DNA from: a virus
Taxonomy: Duplodnaviria > Caudoviricetes
DNA: 64,000 bases
Strand: one strand, 5' to 3'
IMG/VR virus record: IMGVR_UViG_3300037991_006036
Coordinates: 58,294-122,293 of that record
The notes below the pieces were generated by a model that saw only the letters and a program-made list of their open reading frames with translations, did not search any database and was not told the origin of the DNA. Both the position numbers and the translations under genes were made by a program. Shown here piece after piece: positions 30,001 through 39,496 of the stretch. Position 1 is the stretch's first letter. Every line of letters begins with the position of its first letter.

Positions 30001-30416
30001 AACTGTTTGCTTAACTTTTTTAGCTTACTTTCTAATTTACGTCTATATGTAACACGCTTTTCTTTTTTTATTTCTTTTTTTAATCTACTAATACTTACAA
30101 GAAGATCTTGACGATCTCGTTGTTTTTGTGCTTTAGTTCTTGTGTCTTTTTTTGTTTCTTTTCTAGGAGTTGCAGGTAATGTACCTTTTAGATCAGGCTG
30201 TTCTACACCTTTATGATACACAGTACCATTCTCATGCACAAACACTTTCATAAACTTCCACCCTCTATGAAATCCAGAAGGTCGTTTAGGTTTAGGAAGA
30301 TCGTTAGGGTCCCAAGATTCTCTTACGCAATCAGAACACATTTTTAATTTAGTGCCAGGAGCAACGTAATCTCTTCTAAAAACTTGTCCGCAACATTGGC
30401 ATTCTATTTCTTGCAT
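29997..30416 (-). CDS. Hypothetical protein with N-terminal Zn finger and basic tail
   Basis: CQCC..CSDC; K/R-rich C-terminus. Confidence 0.65.
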   Translation of the reverse strand: MQEIECQCCGQVFRRDYVAPGTKLKMCSDCVRESWDPNDLPKPKRPSGFHRGWKFMKVFVHENGTVYHKGVEQPDLKGTLPATPRKETKKDTRTKAQKQRDRQDLLVSISRLKKEIKKEKRVTYRRKLESKLKKLSKQL

Positions 30417-30474
30417 AGCTTTGTACTTATGTGACTATTATAGTAGTAACTATACAACTTTTTTTCCAAAAATG

Positions 30475-30915
30475 CTAATTTTCGCTAATAGGTTCAAAAG
30501 GAAACACTGTCCAGGTAAGGCAAAACCACAAAAACTGGCCATTTACTTTACGTTTTGTGATATAATAAGGAATCATTCCCTGCTCTTTGAAATCTAAAAG
30601 AACAGATTTTTTTATAGATTTTTTGTTTGGACTTGCGTATATAAGGATATCAAACGCGTTTAAAACCATCACATCATGCTCTTCATCGAGTTGATCTAGG
30701 TTATCAATTACGTGGCTAAACAACTCTAGTTCATCGCATAAATAATCGAAGTCAAGTTTTTTTTCATTGCGATCAAAATGCCACATCCACTCTCCTTTTA
30801 TCTCGGATATGGATGGTAGAGTGGGTGGATATATAATAGCAGCCGCTTTGTTTATTTGACGTTTTGCCTTTGACAAAAAACCACTACTCACTAACGCGTT
30901 ATAATAATTATCCAC
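30475..30915 (-). CDS. Hypothetical protein
   Basis: 146-aa ORF, in operon. Confidence 0.6.
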   Translation of the reverse strand: MDNYYNALVSSGFLSKAKRQINKAAAIIYPPTLPSISEIKGEWMWHFDRNEKKLDFDYLCDELELFSHVIDNLDQLDEEHDVMVLNAFDILIYASPNKKSIKKSVLLDFKEQGMIPYYITKRKVNGQFLWFCLTWTVFPFEPISEN

Positions 30916-30918
30916 TCT

Positions 30919-31179
30919 TTATTTCTTTTTTGGAGAACGTCTAGTTTTCTTTCTTGTACCATTTTTCTTTTGAGGAGAATCTAAATTTGATACATGTTCG
31001 AGAAGGGAATTTCTAGTCTCTTCTAATTTCTTAATTTTCTTATAGGCTTCATCAGCCCATCCTTGAATAGCTTTAACCTTGAATTGTAAATCTTTTCTAG
31101 TATTATTATTTCGAAATATTACAATTGCTAATGCAATATTGATAAAGGTGCTAATTATTAATGAAGTTGTAAGTAACAT
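30919..31179 (-). CDS. Small membrane-anchored coiled-coil protein
   Basis: N-terminal hydrophobic helix and basic tail. Confidence 0.6.
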   Translation of the reverse strand: MLLTTSLIISTFINIALAIVIFRNNNTRKDLQFKVKAIQGWADEAYKKIKKLEETRNSLLEHVSNLDSPQKKNGTRKKTRRSPKKK

Positions 31180-31217
31180 AGTATATTTAATGTTTTAAAT
31201 GTTAATATATAACTTTT

Positions 31218-31246
31218 AATATCCGGAAAATAATCCAGAAAGTCAA
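31218..31246 (-). promoter_or_regulatory. Host-type promoter TTGACT-N17-GATATT
   Basis: Same spacing as the copies at 33186, 59022 and the palindromic family. Confidence 0.45.
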
Positions 31247-31264
31247 CAGTTTTGCAAACTTTTT

Positions 31265-32635
31265 TTAGCCTGAGAAGTCGTATTTGTTAGCATCTCCAAC
31301 TCGTCCATTAAAATAAACTCTTCCAGCCGCATATGCTGTAAATTCAAAGTAATCACCTTTATAAAAATTCCCTACAGAGTTGTTCACAATCTGAGGAACA
31401 TTACTTGCTGTGTAAGCAACAAAATTTGAACCACCAAATGTAGTCTGGGTACTTACGTGTCCATACAGAGTAGTAGCATCGAATGTAAAGGTAACACCGG
31501 TTCCAACAGACATGCCTGGGTTGAAAAGAAACTTATAAACATCACCAGGTAACGCACTATTAAAGTTTATAGTAACATCGTTATCAGTTGTACTAAAGTT
31601 GCAGAGATGCAATGCTCCAGGCACTAATGAGCTACTCAATTCTCCTGCAGATGCATTTGTTAAACTAACATTAGCAGGACTGCTTAGTCCACCAATCCAA
31701 TCTTGACGATTACTACAACTAATATTTGCCATAGATGCAGTTCCATTAGCTGATGTTTGCACATTACCAAAAGTTGCAGTAACTGTACTAGGATTGTACT
31801 GACATCCTTGACCTGATTTTACATTAACACCATCATTGCCACTTGTTGCACTGCCAAAATGAAAGAAAAAATTAGTATTACTTGTTTCTGCAGTAATTGC
31901 TACGTTAGTTGCAGCTGTTGCAGTAGCTACTGCACCAACCACATTATCTCCACTTATGTGTGATGAAGTTATTGCATGGGATGCTGTTGTTGCTGTTGTT
32001 GCTGATGTTGCTGTTGTTGCATTTCCATATAATGGACCCACAAACCTAGAAGCACTAACAATTCCAGATGCTGTTATATCAGCAGTTGGTCCATCTAAAT
32101 TTAGATTACCTGATACATGTAATTTAGCTGTAGGCGAAGTTGTGCCAATACCAACTTTACTTGTTGATCCATCTGTAAAAAATAATTTAGAATCTGCTTC
32201 TCCTTCTATTCTGACATCTAAATTTTGTGAAGCTTCGTTGATAGTTAGTTCACTCACTGAATCTTGAGTGAAATCCATAAAGTTAATATTACCAACTGTG
32301 ACGTTTATATCATCATCTGTAAAATTAATGAATGTATCAGTATCACCGCTATGTTTAATGTATTGCTTAACTAATACGTCTCCATCTACAGTAAGCGATC
32401 CAGTTATACTAGCGTTACCGTTGTGAGAACCATCCCACTCACCAGTTACTCCAGTTATATTTGTTCCGTCTCCTGAAAATTTTCCAACATAAGATCCAGT
32501 AAAGGATCCGGAAAAAGATCCAGATGCAACAACTTCAGTTGCTTCTGAACCGTCTAAAGCATCGATAATTCTTGTGATGTGTTCCGCATCAATAGTATTG
32601 GTATTCGAAATACCAGTTCTTGAGATTGTTGCCAT
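31265..32635 (-). CDS. Fibre-like virion protein
   Basis: S/T/G-rich beta repeats (ITGSL, KVGIGTTSPTAKLHVSG, GNATTATSATTATTASHA); preceded by the late motif at 32652-32659. Confidence 0.65.
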   Translation of the reverse strand: MATISRTGISNTNTIDAEHITRIIDALDGSEATEVVASGSFSGSFTGSYVGKFSGDGTNITGVTGEWDGSHNGNASITGSLTVDGDVLVKQYIKHSGDTDTFINFTDDDINVTVGNINFMDFTQDSVSELTINEASQNLDVRIEGEADSKLFFTDGSTSKVGIGTTSPTAKLHVSGNLNLDGPTADITASGIVSASRFVGPLYGNATTATSATTATTASHAITSSHISGDNVVGAVATATAATNVAITAETSNTNFFFHFGSATSGNDGVNVKSGQGCQYNPSTVTATFGNVQTSANGTASMANISCSNRQDWIGGLSSPANVSLTNASAGELSSSLVPGALHLCNFSTTDNDVTINFNSALPGDVYKFLFNPGMSVGTGVTFTFDATTLYGHVSTQTTFGGSNFVAYTASNVPQIVNNSVGNFYKGDYFEFTAYAAGRVYFNGRVGDANKYDFSG

Positions 32636-32672
32636 TTACGTACGTGTTTATTATAAATAGCTAGGAATAAGA

Positions 32673-33179
32673 TTAAACTTGAAAAATTGAGTCACTTAAT
32701 CTTCCTAAACCGTCTGGATGATCCATTCCATAGCCAAATACCCACTCATCTTGTATTGTATATCCAGAAAAATCTAACTCCATTGGACAATTGTGTCTTT
32801 TTAGTAGAGTTGCTTTGTAAACGCGTTTAGCTCCTTTGTCGTAAGCAAGTTTTTCTAAGTATGCCATAGTGCTTCCAGAGTCGCATATGTCATCGATCAA
32901 CCAAACATCTTTATCCATCAAATTGACGTTCCAGGCTTTATACAAATCAAAAGCTCCTTGTTGCTTTCCTTCATAAGATCGTATACCTACACAATCCACA
33001 TAAGCATCAAATAACAAAAATTTAGCTACATCTTGAAAGAATGTGATACCTCCTTGTAGGATTGGTGTTAGTACTGGGTAAAGTGCTTTTGGTTCGTTTG
33101 GATAGAGTTTATTCATCTTATCCGCTAACTCTAAAACTTTATCCTCTATTGCGTGAGGACTGAATAGTATTTTTTCCAT
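32673..33179 (-). CDS. hpt: Hypoxanthine(-guanine) phosphoribosyltransferase
   Basis: ILQGG..F; PRPP-binding loop VWLIDDICDSGSTM; WVFGYGMD. Start set at the ATG of MEKILF. Confidence 0.85.
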   Translation of the reverse strand: MEKILFSPHAIEDKVLELADKMNKLYPNEPKALYPVLTPILQGGITFFQDVAKFLLFDAYVDCVGIRSYEGKQQGAFDLYKAWNVNLMDKDVWLIDDICDSGSTMAYLEKLAYDKGAKRVYKATLLKRHNCPMELDFSGYTIQDEWVFGYGMDHPDGLGRLSDSIFQV

Positions 33180-33185
33180 AGACCT

Positions 33186-33214
33186 AATATACAAAATTCA
33201 AATCAAACTATCAA
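33186..33214 (-). promoter_or_regulatory. Host-type promoter TTGATA-N17-TATATT
   Basis: Directly upstream of hpt. Confidence 0.5.
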
Positions 33215-33381
33215 CTTTTAACTTGGATGATTATTTTATCATTGACTCTTTTAACAATAAAATTGGAAGGTACAATGTTTGTGAGATATTCTTCGTAGTA
33301 TGCATTACGATCAAACTTAGGCTTTTTAGGAACCTCAGCCTTAACATATCCGGGTGGCATTATGTCTTTTAGTTTGATCAT
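33211..33381 (-). CDS. 56-aa protein with class-B-like leader (MIKLKDIMPPGYVKAEVPKK...)
   Basis: Manually translated, below the track cutoff. ATGA overlap with the upstream stop; starts MIKLKDI like the other leader proteins. Confidence 0.7.
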   Translation of the reverse strand: MIKLKDIMPPGYVKAEVPKKPKFDRNAYYEEYLTNIVPSNFIVKRVNDKIIIQVKS

Positions 33382-34502
33382 GTTAAATTATAGTATGTCA
33401 TTATATCATTATTAATAGCTGATATGTTAGCTTCCTCTGACGATTTAAAAACAATAGCTTCCATAAACTCAGGACCTGAAGCTTTGTTGCTTTGATCATA
33501 CACAAATTGTCTAGTTTGTGTTTTTGTAAAATCGGTACGTGAAGCTTGCAACACATTGTTTACATAATATGCAGTAGTTCCTGGATCGTTTTGTAATAAT
33601 GTTGTGAAGGTGTATGGTGTATTAGTAGCAAATGTGTTTGTGCTTGTTAATATATTAGTAGGTCCCGTTCTATTAATTAATACAAATTGATCAGTAGTTT
33701 CATCATACTCAATAATAGCGTTATTTGCAAATTGTTTTGGTGACATTGAAACTCCTTCTACAGTAAAACTACCTCCAGGATCTTTTACATTAGTTGTTGT
33801 AAATATAGTTAATGGTTGAGATGCATCAAGATAATCAGAAGCATCTAGTGTAGCTGTTTTGTCTTGTCTCCACGTATTTACTGCTGCTACAAATTCTTTT
33901 CCACCTATTGTTATAGTTTCTAATACTCCATTAGTTACTAACTCATCCATTTGCCCACCAACATTAGCATTTAAGTGTGTCAATGTTTGATCTACTGTTT
34001 GGTTATAAAATTTTTCAATTTCTACAATATCTGCAGAAGGCATTGAATCAGGATTACTATATCCTGGTGCTGCACAAAATTCACCCAACGTTGTAGCTAA
34101 AACACCCGATGTAACTGCTGTTATTGGACTATCTAGTGATGTATAGTTGTTGCTATCAAAGTGTAAATCTGCCTGATCATCGGCAGTTCCTGTCGATCCA
34201 GCAGTACCTCGTCTTCTTATTCTCATTGAGAATCCAGTATAATCTGTTCTGAGTTTTCTAAATGAAGTGGCTAAAAAGGCTGTTGATCTGTTATCTAATA
34301 GAAGACCTCCCGTATCAACACTGCCGTAGGTTCTAGCAAACTGTTGTCTCAGATGCTCTTGATAACGCAAAAACGCTTCTTTTTTTCTTCTTTGATTGCG
34401 AGCATTATTAGCTTTAGAGGCTTCTTGTTCACGAAGCTCATCCTTAAGCGCTTGCTCTCTAGCCCAATCACTATTTCGTAAGTATTTGTTAAAATCTCCC
34501 AT
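33378..34502 (-). CDS. Shared-N-terminus protein with ArabFuranosidase-B-like/lectin domain
   Basis: NQRRKKEAFLRYQ N-module; SFRKLRTDYTGFSMRIRR motif. Confidence 0.65.
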   Translation of the reverse strand: MGDFNKYLRNSDWAREQALKDELREQEASKANNARNQRRKKEAFLRYQEHLRQQFARTYGSVDTGGLLLDNRSTAFLATSFRKLRTDYTGFSMRIRRRGTAGSTGTADDQADLHFDSNNYTSLDSPITAVTSGVLATTLGEFCAAPGYSNPDSMPSADIVEIEKFYNQTVDQTLTHLNANVGGQMDELVTNGVLETITIGGKEFVAAVNTWRQDKTATLDASDYLDASQPLTIFTTTNVKDPGGSFTVEGVSMSPKQFANNAIIEYDETTDQFVLINRTGPTNILTSTNTFATNTPYTFTTLLQNDPGTTAYYVNNVLQASRTDFTKTQTRQFVYDQSNKASGPEFMEAIVFKSSEEANISAINNDIMTYYNLT

Positions 34503-34503
34503 A

Positions 34504-35337
34504 TTATAATTCTGGAATATCTCCTTGTATATCTCCAGCTGTCATATTTTTTAACTCACCATTAAACCCACCGCTTCCATGATCAATTAAATCTGGGAAC
34601 GTGTCACCATCTCCCATTCGATACCATGAGTTTGGAGATAATGACGATAATCCTCCAGGCACTCCTCCATTATACATAGTTGCAAAGTTGGCTGATTGAT
34701 CTGAAGTCCAAAAGGCAGCTTCATCAATTTTTCCTAAAAATCTACCATAAGCACTAATACTCAATCTTAACCCATTGTAAGAAGTATACAGAATTGTCGC
34801 ACCTATAGATACATCACTACCTTGTACACCATTAACCATTCTCTTTAACGTACTTCCATCGTATGCAATGGCAACATGTGTCCACTCATCTTGTCCATTA
34901 CCTGCACCAAGACCTTGTGTTGTTCCATTTATTCTTGCAACAAATTGATTATAGTTCCAATAAATTTCTATTCCTTGATTACCTACACTGTGTGAGCCAT
35001 TTAAGAAAATATTTCTTCTATTAGAAGCTTCTGGCTTAGCCCACACGCTCATTGTTAGAGTTTGCACTTTTCTTGATGCATCAGAACCTAAAATAGCAAA
35101 ATCATTACTTCCATCGAACGCTGTACTGAATTGGTTTACAAAAGACTCTTCACCATAAGCGCTACCATAAGTTTTTGCGAATTGCTGATTTAAGTGTTGT
35201 TGATATCGTAAGAATGCTTCCTTCTTTCTTCGCTGATTTTGTCTTTTCTTAGCGTTAAAAGCCTCCTCCTCTTGCAACTTTTGTTTTGCTGCTAGCTCCC
35301 TAATATAATCTGCATTTCTAAGAAAGTCTCTTGACAT
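34504..35337 (-). CDS. Shared-N-terminus protein with LamG domain
   Basis: Same N-module; FDGSND..TMSVWAK..WTHVAIAYDG..FLGKIDEAAFW..WYRMGDG. Confidence 0.75.
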   Translation of the reverse strand: MSRDFLRNADYIRELAAKQKLQEEEAFNAKKRQNQRRKKEAFLRYQQHLNQQFAKTYGSAYGEESFVNQFSTAFDGSNDFAILGSDASRKVQTLTMSVWAKPEASNRRNIFLNGSHSVGNQGIEIYWNYNQFVARINGTTQGLGAGNGQDEWTHVAIAYDGSTLKRMVNGVQGSDVSIGATILYTSYNGLRLSISAYGRFLGKIDEAAFWTSDQSANFATMYNGGVPGGLSSLSPNSWYRMGDGDTFPDLIDHGSGGFNGELKNMTAGDIQGDIPEL

Positions 35338-35343
35338 AATTAA

Positions 35344-35592
35344 TTATTCTATTGTCCAATCATTTCCAGCTAATCGTGTTAAACATTCCGCATGAGTACC
35401 TCTCCAAGTTAAAGACACACTACCATCAGTAATAAATGTAGGTTCGTTTGCTGTAAACCATTTTAATGTAAATTGTGATTCGTCGACTGATAATCTGACT
35501 GTATCAGCTGATGTTTCCATCACTTGTGAAAAGTCTACCTTATCTATGTCTGTTGCGTTTGCGAATGCGTATGTTCTATCTGAATAATCCAT
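35344..35592 (-). CDS. Small fibre-associated hypothetical protein
   Basis: 82 aa (VDFSQVMETSADTVRLS) between the lectin-domain genes. Confidence 0.6.
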   Translation of the reverse strand: MDYSDRTYAFANATDIDKVDFSQVMETSADTVRLSVDESQFTLKWFTANEPTFITDGSVSLTWRGTHAECLTRLAGNDWTIE

Positions 35593-35594
35593 TA

Positions 35595-36602
35595 CTAATA
35601 AGTTTTGTAATAATTGTTAATATTAGTCTCTATAGCTGCTCTGTCAGTAGTCTTGTCTGCTAAATACATTATTAATTCAACTGGGTTTGCTGCATTATTA
35701 GATAATGCTTTATCGGGATAAAAAGTACTCCCCATTCGTGGAATAGTAGTCTCACTTCCTGATGCTATTTTATTTCCTTCAAAATATAAAGCTGTTTCTC
35801 CTGGTGCTTCATTAACAATAGCTGTTATTGTGTTTAGTGCATCTTGAGTGTGAGTTGCTGATCCTGATATATGACCTATGGTGCCATAAGGAGCATTCGA
35901 CCCTGTTTCAAGAGTTATGACATCACTTACTGTTTCTATTATTTCTTTACCTGCAGTGTGTTCAGCTAAATTTAGATAAAATTGTGATGCTGCATGAGCG
36001 TAGTTGGTTACAAACACTGTATGAGATGTTCCTGGATCTATGTCTTGGAGTCTTGCAGTAGCAGCATATTGTTTGTAAGTTTCGTTTAGATATAAGATAC
36101 TGCCCGAAACATACACATTACCACTTGTATCTGATACGAATAGAGAATTAGATCCAGCATTAATAGAATTTCTCACAGTTCCTTGCGATTGATCATACCA
36201 AGTATGCAATCTTCCCTGATTTCCATCTAAAAATGTACTTAAACTTTGTGTATCTAAATAATTGTCAATAAACCCAATATCCAATTCAGCATCATCAGAA
36301 GCACGTCTTACCCTAATAGCTGAGCCAGTGTAATCAGTACGTAGCTTTCTTAAAGACCATGCTAAATAAACGTCATCTCCATAATCATCTAACAGAAGTG
36401 ATGTTGATCCGCCAGGATTAGATCCTGCAGCCATTGCTCTTGCTGCTAACTCCTGTCGAAGATGTTCTTGATATCGTAAAAACGCTTCTTTTTTTCTTCG
36501 CTGATTTTGTTTCTTTTTAGCCTCAAACGCTTCTTCCTCTTGCAGTTTTTGTTTTGCTGCCCAATCTCGAATATGATCTGCATTTCTGAGAAAGTCTTTC
36601 AT
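35595..36602 (-). CDS. Shared-N-terminus protein with ArabFuranosidase-B-like/lectin domain
   Basis: Same N-module; AWSLRKLRTDYTGSAIRVRRASD..WYDQS..IETNINNYY. Confidence 0.7.
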   Translation of the reverse strand: MKDFLRNADHIRDWAAKQKLQEEEAFEAKKKQNQRRKKEAFLRYQEHLRQELAARAMAAGSNPGGSTSLLLDDYGDDVYLAWSLRKLRTDYTGSAIRVRRASDDAELDIGFIDNYLDTQSLSTFLDGNQGRLHTWYDQSQGTVRNSINAGSNSLFVSDTSGNVYVSGSILYLNETYKQYAATARLQDIDPGTSHTVFVTNYAHAASQFYLNLAEHTAGKEIIETVSDVITLETGSNAPYGTIGHISGSATHTQDALNTITAIVNEAPGETALYFEGNKIASGSETTIPRMGSTFYPDKALSNNAANPVELIMYLADKTTDRAAIETNINNYYKTY

Positions 36603-37471
36603 TTGTCTGATGTGGTTTCTACTACAACTTGTATTTTTGGTTCATAGCCTTGAGGCAGTTTATTTACCAATCCTTTGAAAGTAGAGTTACCAGCATCGTG
36701 TCTGAATTCAAACTTCAGATTATTAAGATCCATCATTACTTGTGATGATGTTGTAAAGCCATAACTGTTATCTCTTCTATATGGATTCATAAATTTATCA
36801 CTATCATGTTGCTTTGATAGTGCATCTAATATGTGTTCTTGTGACGATATATCCGACAATACATCGTATGCAATTTGTTGGCGTGACTTGGATGATTGTC
36901 TTTTTATCCCTCCAGTATATCCAGTATCTGGATAAGCTACACCATGATTTGTTCTTGTGATTGTTTGATCTGGTTGAACACGTTTAATAGTTGGTAAATG
37001 CTTTGTTGTCATTTCAATAATAAAACTATGCTGTGCATTAGATACAATAGTCATTCCTTTAACTCCAACATCATCTTCATCCTCTCCTTTAAAGTTGATT
37101 ATTGAGCGAATTGCTTTTGACAGCTTACCCTGCTCAAGAGCCTTTCTAATCTTTAACCCATCATATGATGGTTTTCCATTTTTACCCTTCTTAGCTTTAT
37201 CCTTAGCAAGGTCACCTTCCTTTTCATCAAAACCAACCATCAAAGAAGCATTAACTATTCCAATCCCATTCTCATTCATCCCTTCACTCCAATCAGTTAA
37301 CACATCTCTCATATATACAACCTCAACACCATCTACTAACTCATGCACTACTTCCAAATCAGGAGCATACATACGATCACGATTCTTTGCAAGAATAGTA
37401 TTACCATCAACACGACAACGTGCAATAACACACTCACTTAAATCGTGAAGAAGATGGCGAAGTTTAATCAT
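36599..37471 (-). CDS. Ntn-hydrolase (NRDE/C45/CBAH-like) with class-B leader
   Basis: Leader MIKLRHLLHDLSE, then CVIA..GNTILAKNRD..SEGMNENGIGI..RTNHG. Confidence 0.75.
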   Translation of the reverse strand: MIKLRHLLHDLSECVIARCRVDGNTILAKNRDRMYAPDLEVVHELVDGVEVVYMRDVLTDWSEGMNENGIGIVNASLMVGFDEKEGDLAKDKAKKGKNGKPSYDGLKIRKALEQGKLSKAIRSIINFKGEDEDDVGVKGMTIVSNAQHSFIIEMTTKHLPTIKRVQPDQTITRTNHGVAYPDTGYTGGIKRQSSKSRQQIAYDVLSDISSQEHILDALSKQHDSDKFMNPYRRDNSYGFTTSSQVMMDLNNLKFEFRHDAGNSTFKGLVNKLPQGYEPKIQVVVETTSDK

Positions 37472-37496
37472 GATCAGCTTTCTAATAAATAGTCAA

Positions 37497-37904
37497 CTAT
37501 TTTTTAGTTTCTTTGTGCTGATCGATTTTTTCTAGAATTTTAGATAGTACGTCTAATTGAATCCAACCACTCAGTGAAGCGTTTTTAAGTGCGCTGATAA
37601 GTTGGAATATTAGGAAAGGAACAACAACGGTTTCACTTAACCAACCCGTTCCTACAAAGCCCTTTTCTACAGCTAAGATTACACCTAAGATAACCCACCA
37701 CAATACTAAAGTTCGTAATACTTTGATTGCTTTATAGGTTTTAAATCCTTCACGTTTGATGCCAGCTATGATTCCAAAGAAGCCATCGAGAAGAACAACA
37801 CAAGCTACCGCTAAGAATTGTTCAGCGTTATCTAACGCAAGTCCTAAGAAATAGGAACAAATAAATGCACACGTGGTAGCAGCTGATATTATTGAAGTTT
37901 TCAT
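37497..37904 (-). CDS. Holin (phage holin family 4-like)
   Basis: Three TM segments, LDGFFGI..ISALKNA; adjacent to the endolysin. Confidence 0.7.
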   Translation of the reverse strand: MKTSIISAATTCAFICSYFLGLALDNAEQFLAVACVVLLDGFFGIIAGIKREGFKTYKAIKVLRTLVLWWVILGVILAVEKGFVGTGWLSETVVVPFLIFQLISALKNASLSGWIQLDVLSKILEKIDQHKETKK

Positions 37905-38860
37905 AAGGCTTTAAGCATTTCAACGAGCTCTGGTTGTGGAAAGCAATCAAACTTATCCTTACGAACATTTGTGTGTGTCCATAAGCCAAATTGTCTTGCA
38001 TTGTATGCATCTGAGTTAAACTCAAAAGCATCTTTTGGATGCACTCCTTCTTTTAGAAGTTTAGGCAATCCATTAACCAGATCCATTTTTGGGTATATAT
38101 TTTTGAGGTGTAATATTAATAATCGAAGAGATTCGATTTGTTTATCTGTGTATGCATGCCAATACTGATGTCCTCTGAATTTGTAACCTAAGTCACAAAC
38201 AAATTCTGGTTTAACCTCTGTATTGACGTAAGTATAATACTTATCGCCTTTTTTAGTTAAGTACCCAAAATTGTTAAGTTCAACTCCTCCGGACATCTTT
38301 GATATTGCAAACTTACCTACCTTACCCAAATGCCAACCTAAATAATTATTAGGAAAACACTCTACAACAGTTCCATCATATTTAGCTTCTTTACCCTTAA
38401 CATTAGAACCACCTATTACATACTGTGTAGCAACTCTACCACGCTTATCTTTGTTCCAACTATTAACAGTATTATAAGGATTATCCCAACCTGCAGTGTG
38501 GTGAATAAAAAATCCTAGTGGTTCAATTTTGCCATAATCTCTTACATATTCATCAGAATCAAGATACACTTTATCGATCACAAGACCATCTTCAGTTGTA
38601 TATGTTCCGTGTTTAGCAAGTTTATTATCTTTATCATAAGCAGTATCTTCTGCTGTTGTGTTGTTAGATTGATCTGTATCTATACCAGCAGCCTCCCATG
38701 TTGCTGGACCAACTATGCCGTCAGCTACCAGTCCTTTTTTCTTTTGCCACTCAATAGTTAACTTCTCAGTGTTAGCTCCAAATATTCCATCAGCAGCCGT
38801 ACCTATTACTTTTTGCCACTCCTTTACCTCTGCTCCTTTACTTCCTTTTCTTAATAACAT
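37901..38860 (-). CDS. Endolysin: PG-binding domain plus N-acetylmuramoyl-L-alanine amidase (Amidase_2)
   Basis: LRKGSKG..DGIFG..DGIVGPATW; IHHTAG..WHLG..GVEL..THTNVRKDKFDC. Confidence 0.9.
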   Translation of the reverse strand: MLLRKGSKGAEVKEWQKVIGTAADGIFGANTEKLTIEWQKKKGLVADGIVGPATWEAAGIDTDQSNNTTAEDTAYDKDNKLAKHGTYTTEDGLVIDKVYLDSDEYVRDYGKIEPLGFFIHHTAGWDNPYNTVNSWNKDKRGRVATQYVIGGSNVKGKEAKYDGTVVECFPNNYLGWHLGKVGKFAISKMSGGVELNNFGYLTKKGDKYYTYVNTEVKPEFVCDLGYKFRGHQYWHAYTDKQIESLRLLILHLKNIYPKMDLVNGLPKLLKEGVHPKDAFEFNSDAYNARQFGLWTHTNVRKDKFDCFPQPELVEMLKAL

Positions 38861-38870
38861 ATTTTATTTT

Positions 38871-39200
38871 TTAAAAGTCACTCATTATAAGATTATCAAT
38901 CTCTTCTTGTATTTCACTTCTTGTAGCGGTAATCTTAAAAGAAAGATCAGCTTGATATCTTTTAACCTCTTCTCCATGATCAAATATAATAATAGTAGGA
39001 AAAACTACTAACTTATATTTTTTTTGATATGAAGGATATTTAGCTACATCTATATATTTAACACTACAATCACTCAATTTTCCTAACCACGTAACAGTAT
39101 TGGCTTTATTCCAATCTGCATTAAATTGTTTGACTGATATCTGCGAATAACACGCTGTAACGCATAATACACAAATCAATAATGAAAACAGTTTTTTCAT
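38871..39200 (-). CDS. Exported thioredoxin-like protein lacking CxxC
   Basis: Signal peptide; FNADWN..VVFPTIIIF..GEEVKR thioredoxin-fold pattern. Confidence 0.65.
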   Translation of the reverse strand: MKKLFSLLICVLCVTACYSQISVKQFNADWNKANTVTWLGKLSDCSVKYIDVAKYPSYQKKYKLVVFPTIIIFDHGEEVKRYQADLSFKITATRSEIQEEIDNLIMSDF

Positions 39201-39206
39201 AGCAGT

Positions 39207-39494
39207 CTATCTTAATTTGTCAATTTTTTCTTCTAACCTCTTCATATCCTCCTTCATCTCTTTAACATCTTCTTGAGTAGTCATGATGGTTTGTCTTATC
39301 AATTGATCCTTCATATCATACTCCATTCTAGTGACTTCTGGGTCTGGTGGTTTAGGTAGTTCTTTAGCTTCTTGTATGTCTGCTTGTAGTGCATACCACA
39401 TACCTACAACAGTTGCAATTCCAATAGCAATTCCAATAAGCGTCTTGATACTGACCTTAAATGATGAATCCTCATTTAGCTCTTTATCTGCCAT
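39207..39494 (-). CDS. Single-TM coiled-coil protein
   Basis: TM LIGIAIGIATVVGMWY, followed by a coiled coil. Confidence 0.7.
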   Translation of the reverse strand: MADKELNEDSSFKVSIKTLIGIAIGIATVVGMWYALQADIQEAKELPKPPDPEVTRMEYDMKDQLIRQTIMTTQEDVKEMKEDMKRLEEKIDKLR

Positions 39495-39496
39495 TT

